A stretch of 64,000 bases of DNA, taken from positions 3,972,965-4,036,964 of the forward strand of contig OY781097.1 in the NCBI GenBank assembly GCA_963676415.1. The letters are read 5' to 3'. Below are positions 21,524-31,487 of this stretch, in pieces. The notes beneath the pieces were generated by a model. The model worked only from the letters and a program-made list of their open reading frames with translations, was not told the origin of the DNA and searched no databases. The stretch's first letter is position 1. Every line of letters begins with the position of its first letter. This DNA is from Bacteroidales bacterium. GTDB lineage: Bacteria > Bacteroidota > Bacteroidia > Bacteroidales > WRLA01. The translations under genes and the position numbers were made by a program.

Positions 21524-24500
21524 ATGAAAACTGAATTATTTAAACTATCCCATCCGGAAAAAAGGGAGCTGATTACCGAACAATTATATCCCGCCACGGC
21601 ATTTGCCAATAATCCCTTTCTGCTTCGTTTTAAAGGACTTGCAAAAGCAGAATATCTGGAAACCGCACTATTGAAAATTGTGGAAACGCACGATGCCCTG
21701 CGCACGCAATTCACACAAAAAGAAGGCGTATTCTATCAGTATGTAGCTCCTTATCAGGATTTTGTACCCGATTATCTCGATTTTTCGGATAATTATGGCC
21801 GCAAGCGCTTTCATCAGTGGATCGACAAAGCACGAAACCATGTTTTCCGTTTTACCGACAGCCGTTTGTTTTATGCCGCCATCCTCAAATTACCGGACGA
21901 TGAACACGCTATTTTCCTGAATGTACATCATATCCTTTCTGATGGGTTTACTTTCCATCTGCTGATCCATCAATTGGAGTACGTTTATAAACAATGTGTT
22001 GCTGGTGCGTCCACCGATTTGCCCGGGACACCTTCGCATTTGCAATATCTTGATTTTGAAAAAGAATATAAGGAATCATCGGCTTTTAAGCGCGACAAAT
22101 CCTATTGGGAAGGTTGTTTTGATGAACTGCCGCCCGAACTGGTCCATCCCATGATCCGCTCCACAAAAGCTAATATTAAGGTAAAACACAGGGAATTGAA
22201 GCTGGATGACCAAACCGGGCGCGATGTGCTGGAATTCTGCCATATTCACAAAATTTCCTATTACAATCTGATGCTTGGGGTATTCAGTATTTATATGAGC
22301 AAAGTAAGCCGCAATGAGGAAATTGCCATCGGAAGTATGACGCACAACCGCTACCGGCCGGAAATGAAACAAATGGCCGGGATGTTCGTCAATGCTTTTC
22401 CCTTTGTTTCATCGCCTTTGGAGGATATGAAAGCCATTGATTTCCTGAAATCGACCAATGACGATTACCGCTATATCCTGAAAAACCATTCGGCTTATCC
22501 TTTGGATATTATGATGGACGACCTGCGCAAAAAACACGATACGCTGCACAATCTAATGAATTATATGCTAATTGGGCAGGGAGACTACAGCACGGAGCTT
22601 TTCAAAGCAGAAATCCACTTCCCTGATTATGAACAACCACCCTTCCAGTTGATCCTGAACCTGTTTTTTAACGACAGTCCGGGCGGTTTCCGCTTGCTCT
22701 ATGTTCATCCTGAAGAAGCTTTTAGCAAACAAGATATACAACATATTCACAATCAATTAGAAGCTTTACTTAAAGCAATACTTGATAAACCGGAAACAGA
22801 AATAGGTGCTATTCCTTTTTGTCCGCAAGCCGAAAAACAAGAACTGTTACGGCAGGTCGGAAGCAGCATAAAACCTTTGCAGGATGAAAAAACCGTGGTG
22901 GATTTATTCCGCGACACGGCACAAAAATTCCCGCAGAATACAGCGCTGGTTTGCGATAAAAAGCAAATCACCTATGCTGAATTGGATGCAAAAAGTGAGC
23001 GTATTGCTGCTTTGCTCAAACACAAAGGGGCGCAAAAAGGCGAAATTATTGCCGTACTCAGCGATCCGGATATGGCCATGGTGTGCGGACCGCTCGCAGC
23101 ATTGAAAGCTGGCTGTGCCTATATGCCCATTGATCATCAGTATCCTGCTGAGCGTGTAGCTTTTATGCTTAAGGATTCTTCATGCCGATTTATCCTGAGC
23201 CGCAATAAATTCCTTGAAAACCTCAGTGATTTTGATGGCGAAATTATTGATCTAGACCATCTTCCCGAAAATATTGAGCCACAAAAAGCGGAAAGCACGA
23301 ATTGGGACGACCCAGCCTATATTATTTATACGAGCGGCTCAACAGGAAAGCCCAAGGGGGTTTTAATTGGCCACCGTGCGTTGCGTTACCGCATGGACGA
23401 TATGTTGCAGCGCATAGAAGCCAATGAGACAGACCGTTTTACGAAATTTGCCGGATTTGGATTTGATGCTTCTGTTTTTGAAATTTTTCCGGCTATCCTC
23501 TCCGGAGCTGCATTGCATATCCTGAATGATGACCTCAAACGCAATGTGAAGCAGCTTTTTAATTATACCATTGAAAACCAAATTACAAAGAGCTTCCTGC
23601 CGACACAGTTCCTGGAGCAGTTTATGGAGATGAAAGCAGAGGGCTGTCTAAAAATCGTTTATACCGGCGGCGATAAACTGCAGCGTTTTACCAAAAGCTC
23701 CTATCGGGTATTTAATTTTTATGGCCCTACAGAGGCTTGCGTTTATGCCACTTGCCATGAAGTGGATCATATAGAAGATAACATCCCGATTGGCGAAGCT
23801 GTGCTGCATACGCGCATTTACATCCTCGATAAGCACCAAAATCCTGTGCCACAAGGCATTGCAGGTGAACTTTGTATTGCTGGGGAAGGTCTGGCCATGG
23901 AATACCTGAACCTGCCCGAAAAAACAAAAGAGGCATTCATCAACGATCCTTTCTACGAAGGCGGGAAAATGTACCGCACTGGCGATCTGGCCCGCTATCG
24001 GATGGATGGAAAAATCGAATTCCTGGGCAGGATTGATTTTCAGGTAAAAATCCGTGGATTCCGCATCGAACCAGTTGAAATTGAGCGCGTAATGCTCCAG
24101 TTTACGGATGTGCGCGAAGTGGTTGTCGTGCCCCGAAAGGACAAAAATGACAAAGCCTACCTTTGTGGGTATTTTACTTCCTCACGCAAAATTGAAAAGA
24201 AACAACTCACTGATTTTCTGGGAAAAGCACTGCCCGATTATATGATCCCGGCATTTTTGATCCAACTCGATCAAATGCCAATTTCTACCAGTGGGAAAAT
24301 CGACCGTAAATTATTGCCTGAACCCACTGTGGAGCGAGAGCTTGTCCCTGCAGAAAATGGTGTGGAAGAAAAGCTGCTCGCTTTCTGGAAAGAAATATTG
24401 GGACTTGAGGAAATAGGGGTTACGGAAAATTTCTTTGATCTGGGTGGTCATTCCCTGAAAGTGACTCAGTTACAGACTGAAATACAAAACTTCTTCCATG

Positions 24501-27500
24501 CGGATATCCCTTTCTCACAATTGTTTGCCCATGCCAACATCCGCGAACAGGCAATACTGGTAAAATCAGCGCGCAAGGTTTCCGTTGATACCATCGAACG
24601 TCTGGATGCCCGCGATTACTATCCGGTTTCCTCCGCTCAGAAACGCCTGGTTTTCTGGGAGGAAATGAGCAATGCCGGACTGATGAACAATATTCCACTG
24701 ATTATCAAGCTTAAAGGGAAAGTTAACGAAGCTGATATTAGCTCAGCCATCGACAAAATTATCCAACGCCATGAATCTTTGCGCACAAGTTTTGATATCA
24801 TCAATGGGGAAGCGGTACAGATTGTGCATGATAATCTACGTTTTAAAAAGAAAATAAAAGATATAAAACCCACGGAGCTGGATGCATATATCGAAGATTT
24901 TGCCCAACCGTTTGATATACGCAAAGCACCTCTTTTCCGTATTCATTTGCTTCGTTTTTCAGCTGATGAATATTGCCTGCTCATGGATTTCCATCATGCA
25001 ATATTTGATGGCAGCTCCTACCTCCTGTTTTTTAATGAATTGTGTGCAATACTGGAAAACAAGGTTTTACCAACACTTCATGTGCAATATCGTGATTTCG
25101 CCGACTGGCAAAACCGCATCCATATTTCGGATATGATGCAGGAACACGAACAATGGTGGATGAACCTTTTCCGCGATGAAGTCCCTGTTCTGGATCTGCC
25201 AACGGATTATCCGCGCCCTGCCGTTTTGCAGCAGGCAGGCAAGACCTACAGCACTTTGCTTTCGAAAGAAATGTCGGCAGGCATACACACTTTTGCTATA
25301 GAACACCAAATTACCCTCTACCCTCTTTTTGTAGCTGTATTCAGCAGTTTATTAGGACGTTACGCTTCCAAAGACGATTTGGTTCTGGGAGCAGGAATGG
25401 CGGGACGCGCGCATGTGGACGTGCAAAACCTGATCGGGATGTTTGTAAACACCATCGTATTGCGCAATAAACCTGTTGCAGAGAAAAGCTTTACGGACTT
25501 TATGCTGGAAGTACAGCAAAACTTTCTCGAAGCTTTTGATCATCAGGATTATCAGTTTGAACGCCTGGTTGAAAAACTCAAGATCGAGCGAGATTCCAGC
25601 CGTAACCCGCTTTATGATGTCGCCCTTGTTTATCAGAGCATGGGCTTTCCAAAACGCAATATCAACGGCCTTCAGCTTACCGCTGAGGAACTTCCTGCTC
25701 CGGCAGCTCATGCCGACATCATGCTGGAAGTCGTGGAAGAAGGCGATCAGTTCCGCCTGAACTGGGAATACCGTAGCAGTTTATATCGTGAAGATACCAT
25801 TGAGCGCATGTGCAGGCATTTCGTTCAGCTAATGGGCAATATTCTGCATGATCCAAATGCCAAAATTGGTGAATACGAAATAGTTACACCTACTGAAGAG
25901 CAAATGTTGCTGCATGGTTTCAATCAAACGGAAGCTTCCTGGCCGGATACGGAATGCGTACATTATATCATTGAGCAGCATGCAGCACTCAATCCGGATC
26001 ATATCGCACTTACATTCCGCGATCAAAAGATGAGCTATGGCGAGATGAACCATAAAGCCAATCAACTGGCGCATAAACTGCGCGGCATGGGCGTAAAACC
26101 CGATGATTATGTGGGTATTATGATGGACAACAGCCTGGAAATGATTGTATCCATTCTGGCCATTCTGAAATCCGGTGGTTGTTATGTGCCTATGAAACCC
26201 GATTTCCCTGCCGACCGTGTACGCTATATGCTCGAAAATTGTGGTGCCCGTTTTATGGTTTGTCCGAAAAATTATCAGGAAAAAGCATTGGGATTCAATG
26301 GTGCATTTATTGATGTTTCAGACCCTCAGCTTTTTGAAGGAGATTTACCAAACCCGGAACATATCAACAAGCCGTCCGATCTGATTTATGTAATCTATAC
26401 ATCCGGCTCGACCGGAAAACCCAAAGGTGTCATGCTGGAGCACCGCAACATCACGCGCTTGTTTATCAATAGCGAAATGCCTTATAAACTTGATAATAAG
26501 GATGTTTGGAGTATGTTCCATGCCTTTTCGTTCGATTTTTCTGTTTGGGAAATATTCGGGGCTTTGCTTTATGGTGCACGACTGCTCATTGTTCCCAAGG
26601 ATGTGATTATCAATCCGTCCAGCTTTTTGCAGATGCTGAAAGATGAAAAAGTGACCATTCTGAGCCAAACGCCAGGAGCTTTTTATAACCTGATCGAAGA
26701 AGATCTGAAAACCGGAGACCACGATCTCGCTATCCGCTATGTAACCTTTGGAGGTGAAGCACTTAAGCCTGCCTTGCTGGCTGACTGGCACAAAAAATAT
26801 CCGGATAGCCGACTGATCAATATGTACGGAATTACGGAAACAACGGTGCATGTAACTTTCAAGGAAATAGGTGATTATGAAATTGAGAACAATATTTCGA
26901 ATATTGGTGTGCCCATTCCTACCCTGCGCACTTATGTGATGGACGTGCGTCAGAAGCTGATGCCTATTGGTGCTCCGGGTGAAATCTGCGTAACCGGCGA
27001 TGGACTGGCACGTGGCTATCTCGGATTGCCGGAAATGACGGCCTCACGATTTATCCCAAATCCATATCTGCCCGATGAAAAAATCTATCGTTCGGGCGAC
27101 TTGGCACGTATGCTGCCCAATGGCGAAATGGAATATCTGGGACGTATCGACTTCCAGGTGAAAATCAGGGGATTCCGTATTGAACTTGGCGAAATTGAAA
27201 ACCGCCTCCTCACCCACCCCGATGTGCATGAATGCATTGTGCTGGCGCGCGATGACGAACATGGCGATAAATACCTCATTGCTTATCTGGAAACCGAAGA
27301 ACATCTCGCTGTTGGCGATATCAAGGAATTTCTGCGAAAAGACCTGCCCGATTATATGATTCCGGGCTATTTCATTTGCCTGTCCAAATTCCCCATGAAT
27401 GTCAATGGTAAAGTTGACAGAAAAAACCTTCCGCTGCCCGATGAACATATTGAAACGGGTAAAGAATTTGTTGCGGCACAAAATGAAGTACAAAAGAAAA

Positions 27501-29407
27501 TTGCCCTGGCTTTTGAGAAAATTCTCGCTATCACGGAAGTAAGCATAGAAGACGATTTCTTTGATATTGGAGGGCACAGCCTCCGTGCCGTAAGCCTTGT
27601 GGCTGAGCTTCAAAAAGACTTTGAAGTGAGCGTCAACGATATTTTTGAATACCGGACTATTGAGAAGCTGGCTGTCAACATCAAGGAGAAAACGCTGGAC
27701 ATCAGCAAAAAACTGGCACAAATCCCCGAAGTACTGCTGAAGCAGGCAGAGCGCTCCATGGCTTTTGAAAAATCTGAAGCCTATACAAAACGTATGCAGG
27801 CTTATCGTGACCATTTTAGCCGCTACGATCAGCTCGAAGCCCGCAACGATAATGATTACCGCAAAATACTGCTAACGGGCACAACGGGTTATCTTGGCGT
27901 TCATCTTCTGCATGAACTGCTCAGCGATGGCACTACCGAAATTTATGTGCTGGTACGTGGAAAAGATACTAATGACGCTCAAAACCGCCTCAGCAGGCAT
28001 ACTTCCTATTATTTTGGCCGGGATTATTGCCACGATTATGAAGAACGTTTGCATGTGCTCTGCGGTGATCTGGGACAACCTGATCTGGGTCTGGGCGCTG
28101 ATCTTTATCATGATCTTGCCACAAAACTTGATGCCGTTTATCATCCGGCTGCCCTGGTAAAACATTATGGAGATATTGAAGTATTCCGCAAAAATAATGT
28201 GGAAGCTGTGGCTTATCTGCTCGATCTGGCGCAAAAAAGCCGTAAAAAAGACTTCCATCATGTGAGCACGCTTTCGGTTTTCAATGGAAGCGTGGAAGGC
28301 AGGCATGATGTGCTCTATACCGAAGATGATTATGATAGTGGACAGCAGTCGGGCAATTATTATGCGCAAACCAAATTTGAAGCCGAAAAACTAGTGATGG
28401 ACGCGCGCAGTAATGGTCTGAACACCAGCATTTACCGAATTGGCAATGTGTCTGTAAACAGCCGCACCGGCAAATTGCAATCGGATGTGGAAGGCAATGC
28501 ATTCTACAGCGTGCTGAAAGCTTATGTGAATATTGGCGCAGTACCTCAGGAGTTTAATGAAGTGGAATTTGCCTGGGTGAATGAACTTGCTGCATCTATC
28601 GTGTTGCTTTCAAAACAAACTGCGCTCAACAACGCCTGTTGGCATTTATGGAATACAAACAAGATACAGCTGGCCGATGTGCTGTCCGATAAAAAGCTCA
28701 ATTTAAACATAGAACCTATGGATTTTGAAGGTTTTGCAGCTTATCTTGCCCGTCTTTATGATGTAACGGCATTTAAACCACATATCGAAAAGTTGTTGCT
28801 GCATATGGGCTGGATTGACTTGTTGAATGCACGTCCGGATGAAGTGCTGAAGGAAATCACCATTGAACATATTATTTCTGAACGCACCGATTTCGTACTG
28901 CATAAACTGGGTTTTGTCTGGCCGGCCAATGATGCAGCACTATTGCGTAAAATGCTGATTCAGGCCCTGGCAGAACGCATGGCCTTTATGCGACAGGAAA
29001 ATCCTTTCGGAAAAATCAGTGAAGAACTGGCCGAAGCCCTTGCTCCCATTATGCGGCGCAAATACTACAAAGAAGGCGAAGATGTGCTCTGGGAAAATGA
29101 AAAAGCGGACCACCTCAATATCATTGAAGATGGATATGCCGAACTGAGCCGTCATTCTGCTACCGGATGGCTGGGCACTATTGGGCTGAGCCAGAAAGGC
29201 GGTATGCTCGGACTGGAAAGCCTTACAGCCGATAAACGCTCGGCAGTAATAGCCGAAGCAATTTTGAGCGGAATCACTCTTTATGAAGTCGATAATGAAA
29301 AACTCAAACTGTTGATGCAGCAAAACCCTGCAATAGCGATGCATTTCATCGATTTGATGGGCGACAGCATCAGGAAGCTTGAGCGGATGATCGTTAACTT
29401 GGGCTAA
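21524..29407 (+). CDS. Bimodular NRPS: starter C-A-T-C-A-T-thioester reductase (R)-cNMP-binding-like domain
   Basis: C motifs HHILSDG and HHAIFDG; A motifs YTSGSTGKPKG x2 and YRTGDL/YRSGDL; T motifs FFDLGGHSL and FFDIGGHSL; R motifs 'LTGTTGYLG' and 'YAQTK'. The last ~140 aa ('YYKEGEDVLWENEKADHLNIIEDG..GGMLGLESL..RSA..NPAIA') resemble a Crp/CAP effector domain. Confidence 0.93.
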   Translation: MKTELFKLSHPEKRELITEQLYPATAFANNPFLLRFKGLAKAEYLETALLKIVETHDALRTQFTQKEGVFYQYVAPYQDFVPDYLDFSDNYGRKRFHQWIDKARNHVFRFTDSRLFYAAILKLPDDEHAIFLNVHHILSDGFTFHLLIHQLEYVYKQCVAGASTDLPGTPSHLQYLDFEKEYKESSAFKRDKSYWEGCFDELPPELVHPMIRSTKANIKVKHRELKLDDQTGRDVLEFCHIHKISYYNLMLGVFSIYMSKVSRNEEIAIGSMTHNRYRPEMKQMAGMFVNAFPFVSSPLEDMKAIDFLKSTNDDYRYILKNHSAYPLDIMMDDLRKKHDTLHNLMNYMLIGQGDYSTELFKAEIHFPDYEQPPFQLILNLFFNDSPGGFRLLYVHPEEAFSKQDIQHIHNQLEALLKAILDKPETEIGAIPFCPQAEKQELLRQVGSSIKPLQDEKTVVDLFRDTAQKFPQNTALVCDKKQITYAELDAKSERIAALLKHKGAQKGEIIAVLSDPDMAMVCGPLAALKAGCAYMPIDHQYPAERVAFMLKDSSCRFILSRNKFLENLSDFDGEIIDLDHLPENIEPQKAESTNWDDPAYIIYTSGSTGKPKGVLIGHRALRYRMDDMLQRIEANETDRFTKFAGFGFDASVFEIFPAILSGAALHILNDDLKRNVKQLFNYTIENQITKSFLPTQFLEQFMEMKAEGCLKIVYTGGDKLQRFTKSSYRVFNFYGPTEACVYATCHEVDHIEDNIPIGEAVLHTRIYILDKHQNPVPQGIAGELCIAGEGLAMEYLNLPEKTKEAFINDPFYEGGKMYRTGDLARYRMDGKIEFLGRIDFQVKIRGFRIEPVEIERVMLQFTDVREVVVVPRKDKNDKAYLCGYFTSSRKIEKKQLTDFLGKALPDYMIPAFLIQLDQMPISTSGKIDRKLLPEPTVERELVPAENGVEEKLLAFWKEILGLEEIGVTENFFDLGGHSLKVTQLQTEIQNFFHADIPFSQLFAHANIREQAILVKSARKVSVDTIERLDARDYYPVSSAQKRLVFWEEMSNAGLMNNIPLIIKLKGKVNEADISSAIDKIIQRHESLRTSFDIINGEAVQIVHDNLRFKKKIKDIKPTELDAYIEDFAQPFDIRKAPLFRIHLLRFSADEYCLLMDFHHAIFDGSSYLLFFNELCAILENKVLPTLHVQYRDFADWQNRIHISDMMQEHEQWWMNLFRDEVPVLDLPTDYPRPAVLQQAGKTYSTLLSKEMSAGIHTFAIEHQITLYPLFVAVFSSLLGRYASKDDLVLGAGMAGRAHVDVQNLIGMFVNTIVLRNKPVAEKSFTDFMLEVQQNFLEAFDHQDYQFERLVEKLKIERDSSRNPLYDVALVYQSMGFPKRNINGLQLTAEELPAPAAHADIMLEVVEEGDQFRLNWEYRSSLYREDTIERMCRHFVQLMGNILHDPNAKIGEYEIVTPTEEQMLLHGFNQTEASWPDTECVHYIIEQHAALNPDHIALTFRDQKMSYGEMNHKANQLAHKLRGMGVKPDDYVGIMMDNSLEMIVSILAILKSGGCYVPMKPDFPADRVRYMLENCGARFMVCPKNYQEKALGFNGAFIDVSDPQLFEGDLPNPEHINKPSDLIYVIYTSGSTGKPKGVMLEHRNITRLFINSEMPYKLDNKDVWSMFHAFSFDFSVWEIFGALLYGARLLIVPKDVIINPSSFLQMLKDEKVTILSQTPGAFYNLIEEDLKTGDHDLAIRYVTFGGEALKPALLADWHKKYPDSRLINMYGITETTVHVTFKEIGDYEIENNISNIGVPIPTLRTYVMDVRQKLMPIGAPGEICVTGDGLARGYLGLPEMTASRFIPNPYLPDEKIYRSGDLARMLPNGEMEYLGRIDFQVKIRGFRIELGEIENRLLTHPDVHECIVLARDDEHGDKYLIAYLETEEHLAVGDIKEFLRKDLPDYMIPGYFICLSKFPMNVNGKVDRKNLPLPDEHIETGKEFVAAQNEVQKKIALAFEKILAITEVSIEDDFFDIGGHSLRAVSLVAELQKDFEVSVNDIFEYRTIEKLAVNIKEKTLDISKKLAQIPEVLLKQAERSMAFEKSEAYTKRMQAYRDHFSRYDQLEARNDNDYRKILLTGTTGYLGVHLLHELLSDGTTEIYVLVRGKDTNDAQNRLSRHTSYYFGRDYCHDYEERLHVLCGDLGQPDLGLGADLYHDLATKLDAVYHPAALVKHYGDIEVFRKNNVEAVAYLLDLAQKSRKKDFHHVSTLSVFNGSVEGRHDVLYTEDDYDSGQQSGNYYAQTKFEAEKLVMDARSNGLNTSIYRIGNVSVNSRTGKLQSDVEGNAFYSVLKAYVNIGAVPQEFNEVEFAWVNELAASIVLLSKQTALNNACWHLWNTNKIQLADVLSDKKLNLNIEPMDFEGFAAYLARLYDVTAFKPHIEKLLLHMGWIDLLNARPDEVLKEITIEHIISERTDFVLHKLGFVWPANDAALLRKMLIQALAERMAFMRQENPFGKISEELAEALAPIMRRKYYKEGEDVLWENEKADHLNIIEDGYAELSRHSATGWLGTIGLSQKGGMLGLESLTADKRSAVIAEAILSGITLYEVDNEKLKLLMQQNPAIAMHFIDLMGDSIRKLERMIVNLG

Positions 29408-29447
29408 ATGCCAAAAAACTGCAAACGCCATGATTTGTTAAATTAGA

Positions 29448-29485
29448 TTAAAGCCTTCTTTAAATATTGTTAATGAAGGCTTTAA
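29448..29485 (+). terminator. Hairpin/terminator after NRPS
   Basis: ttaaagccttc...gaaggctttaa, 11-bp perfect stem. Confidence 0.6.
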
Positions 29486-29560
29486 AGTGCTTTCAGCTTG
29501 TGCTGGTCATTTTTTTAGAAAAAAAGTGAAGCAATCACTTGACTGATCAGGAATTCTTTC

Positions 29561-29568
29561 TATCTTTG
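29561..29568 (+). promoter_or_regulatory. Bacteroidota sigmaA -7 element for tRNA-Arg
   Basis: TATCTTTG (TAnnTTTG) with TTG at 29539-41, 19 bp upstream. Confidence 0.65.
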
Positions 29569-29601
29569 CAGCCGCAAATGACACAAAAAGTCAAGTTTGC
29601 A

Positions 29602-29675
29602 GGACCCGTAGCATAATTGGATAGTGCACCTGACTACGGATCAGGAGGTTAGGGGTTCGAATCCCTTCGGGTTCA
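29602..29675 (+). tRNA. tRNA-Arg(ACG)
   Basis: Acceptor GGACCCG/CGGGTTC, anticodon arm CCTGA-CTACGGA-TCAGG, T-loop GTTCGAATC. Confidence 0.96.
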
Positions 29676-29685
29676 CTTGAAAGAC

Positions 29686-29720
29686 AGCCTGTTACAAAGA
29701 AATTTGTGACAGGCTTTTTT
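29686..29720 (+). terminator. Intrinsic terminator after tRNA-Arg
   Basis: agcctgttacaaa-gaaa-tttgtgacaggct plus T-run. Confidence 0.8.
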
Positions 29721-29888
29721 ATTTATGGGCATTTCAATAATTACCCGCAAAGCAGGCACGAAATATGGAACAGGATCATTCTTTAATAATCGGCCCATTT
29801 TATTAGAGTTAATATATAAATGCATTCATATTTTTGTTAAAATTGTAGATTATTTTCAAAACCAGCTAATTAGCAAATAAAACTTACA

Positions 29889-30452
29889 ATGGCGAACGAT
29901 ACAACTTTGCAGGACATCATTGACTCACGTATTTTAAACAATCGGAAAATCCTGCTCTGGGGGCAGATCGACGATAAACTGGCAAAATACGTCACAGAGC
30001 GGATGTTATATCTTGAAATGATCTCACCGGAACAGGAAATTCAGTTAATAATCAATAGTCCAGGTGGTTATGTAACTTCAGGTTTTGCAATTTATGACAC
30101 CATGAACTGCATCAGCAGCCCGGTTTCGACGGTTTGTACGGGTTTGGCGGCTTCCATGGCGTCGATCCTATTATCTAATGGCATAAAGGGCAGGCGCTTT
30201 GTTTTGCCTTTGGCACGGGTGATGATCCATCAGCCCAGCGGTGGTGCAGGAGGATCTGCTTCGGATATTGAAATCCAACTGGACGAAATCATCAAAACCA
30301 AAAAACTCGGTGCTGCTTTGCTGGCAAAAAACTGTGGACAGAGCATCGAAAAAGTCCAGGAAGACTTTAACCGCGACTACTGGATGTCGGCCGAGGAATC
30401 GGTTAAATATGGTATTGTTGACAGTATCATGAACCAAATGGTTGAAAGCTAA
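29889..30452 (+). CDS. clpP: ATP-dependent Clp protease proteolytic subunit (short N-terminus, possibly a second-type paralog)
   Basis: 'INSPGG', catalytic 'AASMAS', 'IHQP', 'RDYWMSAEES..YGIVD'. Confidence 0.93.
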   Translation: MANDTTLQDIIDSRILNNRKILLWGQIDDKLAKYVTERMLYLEMISPEQEIQLIINSPGGYVTSGFAIYDTMNCISSPVSTVCTGLAASMASILLSNGIKGRRFVLPLARVMIHQPSGGAGGSASDIEIQLDEIIKTKKLGAALLAKNCGQSIEKVQEDFNRDYWMSAEESVKYGIVDSIMNQMVES

Positions 30453-30454
30453 GG

Positions 30455-31285
30455 TTATGGCCTGTTGAATTTTACGGACAAACCCAGCGTGATGCTCAGG
30501 TTTGTATTGTGCGCATCCGAGCTGATACCATAGTAGTTCTTAAGCTCACGTACAAGTGGGGAATCCGGAATTTTTACCCAGGTATTCGCGTTGAGTGCAT
30601 CGATTTTTGCAAGCCCATAGCTGTACCTGAAACGTGCAATAATATCTATGCTCCCGCTTATTTTTTGCTTGAATCCCCCGCCAATAAGCAAGCCGTAATC
30701 GAATGATGTGGTATGTCCGGGAGTGGCATCAGGGATATCGTGCCAACAATTGCACATCGGCTGGCCAGTATCTTCACTCGTCCATGATCGGCACTCTTCA
30801 ATAAAAATATAGCTTCGCATCCAAATTCCACTATATATACCCGCTTCTAAAAAAATGCGGGCTGATTTTAGCAGATAACGCCTGTAAACCAAAGGGATTA
30901 CCAGATAATCATTTGTAAGTTTCTTAAGATAGCTGTAATGTTGATCGCTTCCGTAATCGCTTGTCCAGCTTGTATGGTATTTCAGATTATTGCCTTTTGT
31001 TTCAAAATAAAAACCCACCAATAAACTTTGCCTGGCATCCAAATGATACTCAGCATCGACCCCAAACGTCAATCCTTTATATGATTCTCCTTCATATTTC
31101 GGACTGATATAAAGAAAATTATAGTGAGAATCGAACGGATTCGTTTTCACAAAAAAGGGATCACGATTTATAAAGCCTGAGATATTCAGGCCATAATGAA
31201 AATTAAGGGAAAAGCCTGTGCTGTCCTGTGCATAAGACGCGATAATTAAAAGGCTTAAAATGATTAAGGCGTAGAGTTTTTTCAT
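30455..31285 (-). CDS. Outer-membrane beta-barrel (porin/PorT-like family) protein, intact paralog
   Basis: Signal peptide, 'DYLVIPL', 'FDYGLLIGGG', 'ARFRYSYGL'. Confidence 0.7.
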   Translation of the reverse strand: MKKLYALIILSLLIIASYAQDSTGFSLNFHYGLNISGFINRDPFFVKTNPFDSHYNFLYISPKYEGESYKGLTFGVDAEYHLDARQSLLVGFYFETKGNNLKYHTSWTSDYGSDQHYSYLKKLTNDYLVIPLVYRRYLLKSARIFLEAGIYSGIWMRSYIFIEECRSWTSEDTGQPMCNCWHDIPDATPGHTTSFDYGLLIGGGFKQKISGSIDIIARFRYSYGLAKIDALNANTWVKIPDSPLVRELKNYYGISSDAHNTNLSITLGLSVKFNRP

Positions 31286-31487
31286 TGATTTTAAACTGTT
31301 TATATTTTATAGGAAATTCCAATCGTAATACTCAGGCTGGTATTGCGTGCATCCGAGCTGATACCATAGTAGTTTTTTAGATTATATACAGTGGAAAAAT
31401 TTGGCATGATTTTTTCCCAGGTATTTTTATTGAGTGCATCAATTTTAACAAGTCCATAGCTATATCTGAGGCGCGCATTAATTCCTA

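Noticed and set aside
27044-27814. Long antisense ORFs inside the NRPS and other genes (e.g. 34174..34944, 13463..14104, 39282..39953)
   Set aside because: Fully overlapped by strongly supported genes and lack recognisable motifs.
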